Of a stretch of DNA of 64,000 bases, positions 59,491 to 64,000 are shown piece by piece; within the stretch, counting starts at the first letter, position 1, and each line of letters opens with the position of its first letter. The notes under the pieces are model-generated. The model made no database searches. It worked only from the letters and a program-made list of their open reading frames with translations, and was not told where the DNA came from. Origin of the DNA: Octopus vulgaris (Eukaryota); the NCBI GenBank assembly GCA_951406725.2, contig OX597819.1:63674001-63738000 (forward strand). The letters run 5' to 3'. The position numbers were made by a program, and so were the translations under genes.

Positions 59491-59900
59491 TTTCCTAGAC
59501 TAAGATCTGGTATGCGAATATATTTTTCCCTCTTTAATGTTATTTCACATAACAGCATTCCGCAAGAGAATAATGGTTTCAAATTTTAGCACAGGGCTAG
59601 GAGCTTTTAAGGAAAGCGGGGAGATGTTCATCTTGGTGAAAAATTTGAACTTAGAATTTGAAGACAGACTGCATGCAGCTAAGCATTTTTCTGTTGTACC
59701 AACGGTTCTGCCAGTTTATCGCTTGCATAACAGCTAGAATAATACAAGCAAACCAAAGAAACCAAAGAAAAATATACTCAGGATGTAAGCACCTAATTCA
59801 TTCTCATTCACAGGGCTATTTCCGCTTTTTTTTTCTCTCTTTGAGAAATTCAAACGTTAAACGCTACCATACGCAAAAGTAAAAACCGTACATACACACA

Positions 59901-60038
<138 letters not shown>

Positions 60039-60894
60039 TATATACATATATATATATACATATATATATATATACATATATATAGGGAGAGAGAGAGAGA
60101 GAGAAAGAAAAGAAAAAAGTTTGGTGCTAATATATTAATACATTATATATTAAGGGTATCAATCAAAGAGACTTCATATGTTTAAGTAAAAAGAAAAACT
60201 AACACATTTTGAGTGCACGCTCTATGCGATATATTTAATACATGATTCGTTCGCTTCAGTTATCAGTGTATAGTGCCGGAAATGCATGCGCACAAACACA
60301 CACACATAGAGACTCACACACATACACACAAACACATACGCATTTAGTCACACTCAGGCATAGAGTGCCAATCACACATACGTAATGACCCACACATACA
60401 CACACACAGTCACACATATACTCACACACATATACGCATGTTTGTATATCTATTTCTTTATCTCTCTATCTCTCTATCTATCTATGTATCTATCTGTCTA
60501 ACTCTCTTACTATCTACCTGTCTGTCTGTTTATTTATCTGTGCCTCTCTCTCTCTGTCTCTCTCTCTTTCTCTCTCTCTATGTATGTATCTATCTATAGT
60601 ATGTATATACATGTATGCATATGTTTTCGTCTGTTTCTATGTCGGAGTGAGCGAGTATGTCTATAGAGTCCAGTTGAGGGTGTTTAAACCATTATGTTTC
60701 TATTATTTGGGCCAGGGGACGTTTGACATTGTCTTGAGGCAACCAAAGTGGAGTAACTTATTTTAGATAAGTGAGATAGCCCAGTATATTTATTACTGTG
60801 TTATGGGAGAGTCATTCTCTTTTAATGGATTTTGACTTAACACTCATCGATTCGATTTCCACTCATTTACTTATTTATTCTTTGTCTGTCTTCC

Positions 60895-61194
<300 letters not shown>

Positions 61195-61722
61195 TTATTA
61201 TTATTATTTACAGAATTGTAAAATACGGTGCCGTATAAAAATAAATATTCAGACAGAAAGTACACACACATATATATATATATATATATACCACGATATT
61301 GACCATGTTGTCGGATGTTGTTATATGTCACTTACCATAATGCACGTCGCATTATTTTATTTCAATGTGCGAACGAACCGGCCGTGCGGGTTGGATGAAA
61401 TTGTTAACATTCTACTTGATCAGGAAAACCTTCCGTCCCAGGTTTATTAATTTAGAACTGTGCGATCTAGAGCAACGCGAACAGAGTCTAAAGAACACAA
61501 TACCCTGCTCGATCCGGGAATTGAAACCCACTACCTAGCAATCGAAAGTATAATAATTAACCTCTATATTAACGCTTCTTAGACACGCCGTAAACTGTCA
61601 TATTGACACAACTACAGCTAATCTCTTGAAGTATAAATTAGATGAGAAATAGCAAGCAGAGGTAGGGCGGAAGAAAATAGAGAAATCATAGTATGAGGAA
61701 ATCAATTCCAGGCAGTGACCTC

Positions 61723-61859
<137 letters not shown>

Positions 61860-62062
61860 TAATAATAATAATAATAATAATGATTCCGTGCAGCACGGAG
61901 TTTTGTCAGTGAACAGGTCACCGTCTCGAAGCGACGAAAGTATTTTGGCAAATTAAATTTAAATGTTGAAGTGAATCTAAAGGTTTTGTGTGCTTCTTAA
62001 ATGGCTTATAAACCCCTTCCACGCTGCAATTGTTTTCGTTCCAGCACACGATCTCAGATCAG

Positions 62063-62139
<77 letters not shown>

Positions 62140-62141
<2 letters not shown>

Positions 62142-62325
62142 CATCGAAAACTACCTTAGGAATGAGAATCCAGGTTCGAAATTTCCCCAAGACACCTGAC
62201 GAAGGCTGGAAGCTGTATCAGCTGAAATGTTGTGTTAACAACAAAAAAGATGGTGACAAACATCCGTCAAATGTAAATAATGTAAATAATGTACATAATT
62301 TCTCATCTCATAAATATAGAACAAA
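62140..62325 (+). mobile_element. (AAT)-flanked element with an extra-A minimal hammerhead
   Basis: GACAC-CTGACGAA-GGCTG-gaagctgtat-CAGCT-GAAAT-GTT-GTGTT at 62191-62236. Confidence 0.7.
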
Positions 62326-63494
62326 ATTATCAACATTTGGGTCATGGTGCAAAGGGCACATCGCGTATACAACATGTATTTTAACAGGACGAGCATTGTG
62401 AGCGTAGAAAGTTGCAGCTGAATGCCAGCCAGTTCTCCTGAGAAGAGACTATTATAGTAGTGATAGAATACGTGTCTTTAAGACGGAAGTTTGATTGTAG
62501 CTGGTAAGCAATTAGTCAAAAGTCTTTTATTGAATGTGATCGAAAATAACTCTGTGATTATTAGCATCAGCTTCCAGAATGTTTTTGCTCTCTTCCACAT
62601 CAAGCTCTGTAATGTCTTTTGTATTCGAAGAGGCAGGGTCGAGTAATTTGTGGTTTCAGAGAATGTCAAGTAGTATGATAGAGTATTTGCTATGTTAAAA
62701 CTGAAATCACCTGGACTGATTTTCCGTAATTGTAGCAAAAATTATGCTTTTCTATGACCTCTTTGAAAAGATATTTTTGTAGCCTATATTCATGGATTCT
62801 GTGCATATTTTGGTTGGGCACAGGAGGTTAAACTGGAGTGAATCATTGAATGAGTTGAATAGTAATGCGAGACCTGGTAGGCTGAGCAATGACGCTCGAT
62901 ATTTATTATGTCTTTAAAGATGTAAAGAGTATTTTATTTACAAATTGCTTAATTCTTAAGCACAAACATCGTATGCAGCCACAACAGGCAGGATTTGAAA
63001 GAAACTACAACATATTTATACGAAATCAAAAAGAATTTCCGAAGCAATTAAATACATTCCAATCACAGCTGGCCTTTTGTTGTCCCTATAATAAATGTTA
63101 AACTTCACGCTCTTCCTGTGCCATTATCAGCACTGAATTCATTTCAATCACATATTGGAAAATTTTCGCAATGGCACAAAGTTAGATTTGTGATATCACA
63201 ATCACGATAATTTATTATATTTGGTGTATATTTGTATTTAAGTAAGACATAAGAGAACAATTCTGTTGGAAAAAAAAAACTAATTGAGTACCAGATTAAG
63301 TGTTTGCTGTAATTAGTTTACGCTAAATGGCCAAACCTCATCGGAGTTATCTTTGACATTTATAACTCCATTGTCGATATATTATGAACCATGCATCTAT
63401 TAGACTAACTGGTTTGCGACTCAATTCACTTCACATCTCAACTAAAATTCTGCGGTCATTGGCCAATATCAAACGTCGTATTAACAGTAGTGTC

Positions 63495-63950
63495 AAAGCG
63501 GTGAGCTAGAGGAATATTTCGCACACCGGACAAACTGCTTAGCGGCGTTTCACCCGCCTTTACGTTCTGAGTACAAATTTCGCCGAGATCGACTTATCTT
63601 TGCATCTTTTCGAGGGCGATTAAATAAGTAGCAGTTGAGCTTTGCCGTCGATGCATTCGACTAACTCAAGCTCCCATGATTGCTGGCTTTTTAACCAAAT
63701 TTGAAATCATTAAACATTATTATTATAGGATGTAAATGCGGAGGACCGGAAGAATAGTTGTGGAGTCGGAAAATAATGCTTTGCATTACTTTTTCCGGAT
63801 GTCGGCGTTCTGAGTTCAAATCACATTGAAATCAACTTTATATTCGTCCTTCCGGTGTCAGTGAAATAGCGTACCAGTTACGCAATGGGATTGTTATTTC
63901 CGACTTACTATCCTTAAAAAATTCTGTTTCTCTTGATTTAACAGAAACCA
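63495..63950 (+). mobile_element. Two old tandem SINE A copies
   Basis: aaagcggtgagctag...cgttctgagtacaaatt..gagatcgac and atgcggaggaccgg...cgttctgagttcaaatc. Confidence 0.65.
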
Positions 63951-64000
63951 TTAAACGAAGGTACAGGCTCTCAGTTAAATGGTAAGTACGCTTACTATCA

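Noticed and set aside
62340-62830. Possible decayed CR1/L2-group LINE end on the minus strand (VFYHYYNSLFSGELA)
   Set aside because: A single short motif; it needs TBLASTN or HMM support.

Overview
AT-rich, microsatellite-saturated eukaryotic DNA. It is probably intergenic or intronic sequence from a coleoid cephalopod (Octopus-like); this is inferred from repeat content only. I found no convincing host gene, and almost all listed ORFs are microsatellite artefacts. The real content is mobile DNA: (1) a near full-length Tx1/L1-group LINE (~3.7-9.8 kb, + strand, three frameshifts); (2) R4/Dong-clade RLE retrotransposon copies sitting in (AAT)n tracts (31.4-35.5 kb); (3) Penelope-like remnants (GIY-YIG and RT fragments) plus about a dozen scattered minimal hammerhead-ribozyme motifs of several core variants; (4) three Helitron derivatives, one fusing an STPR-like repeat to the helicase C-terminus; (5) Tc1/mariner remnants, foldback MITEs and several tRNA-derived SINE families. 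Most notable: the last ~50 nt of the Tx1 LINE match the 3' tail of a SINE subfamily that sits repeatedly inside or next to copies of its own SINE family. This suggests a Tx1-driven SINE that has swapped tails and may target its own family. All alignments, translations and foldings were done by eye.
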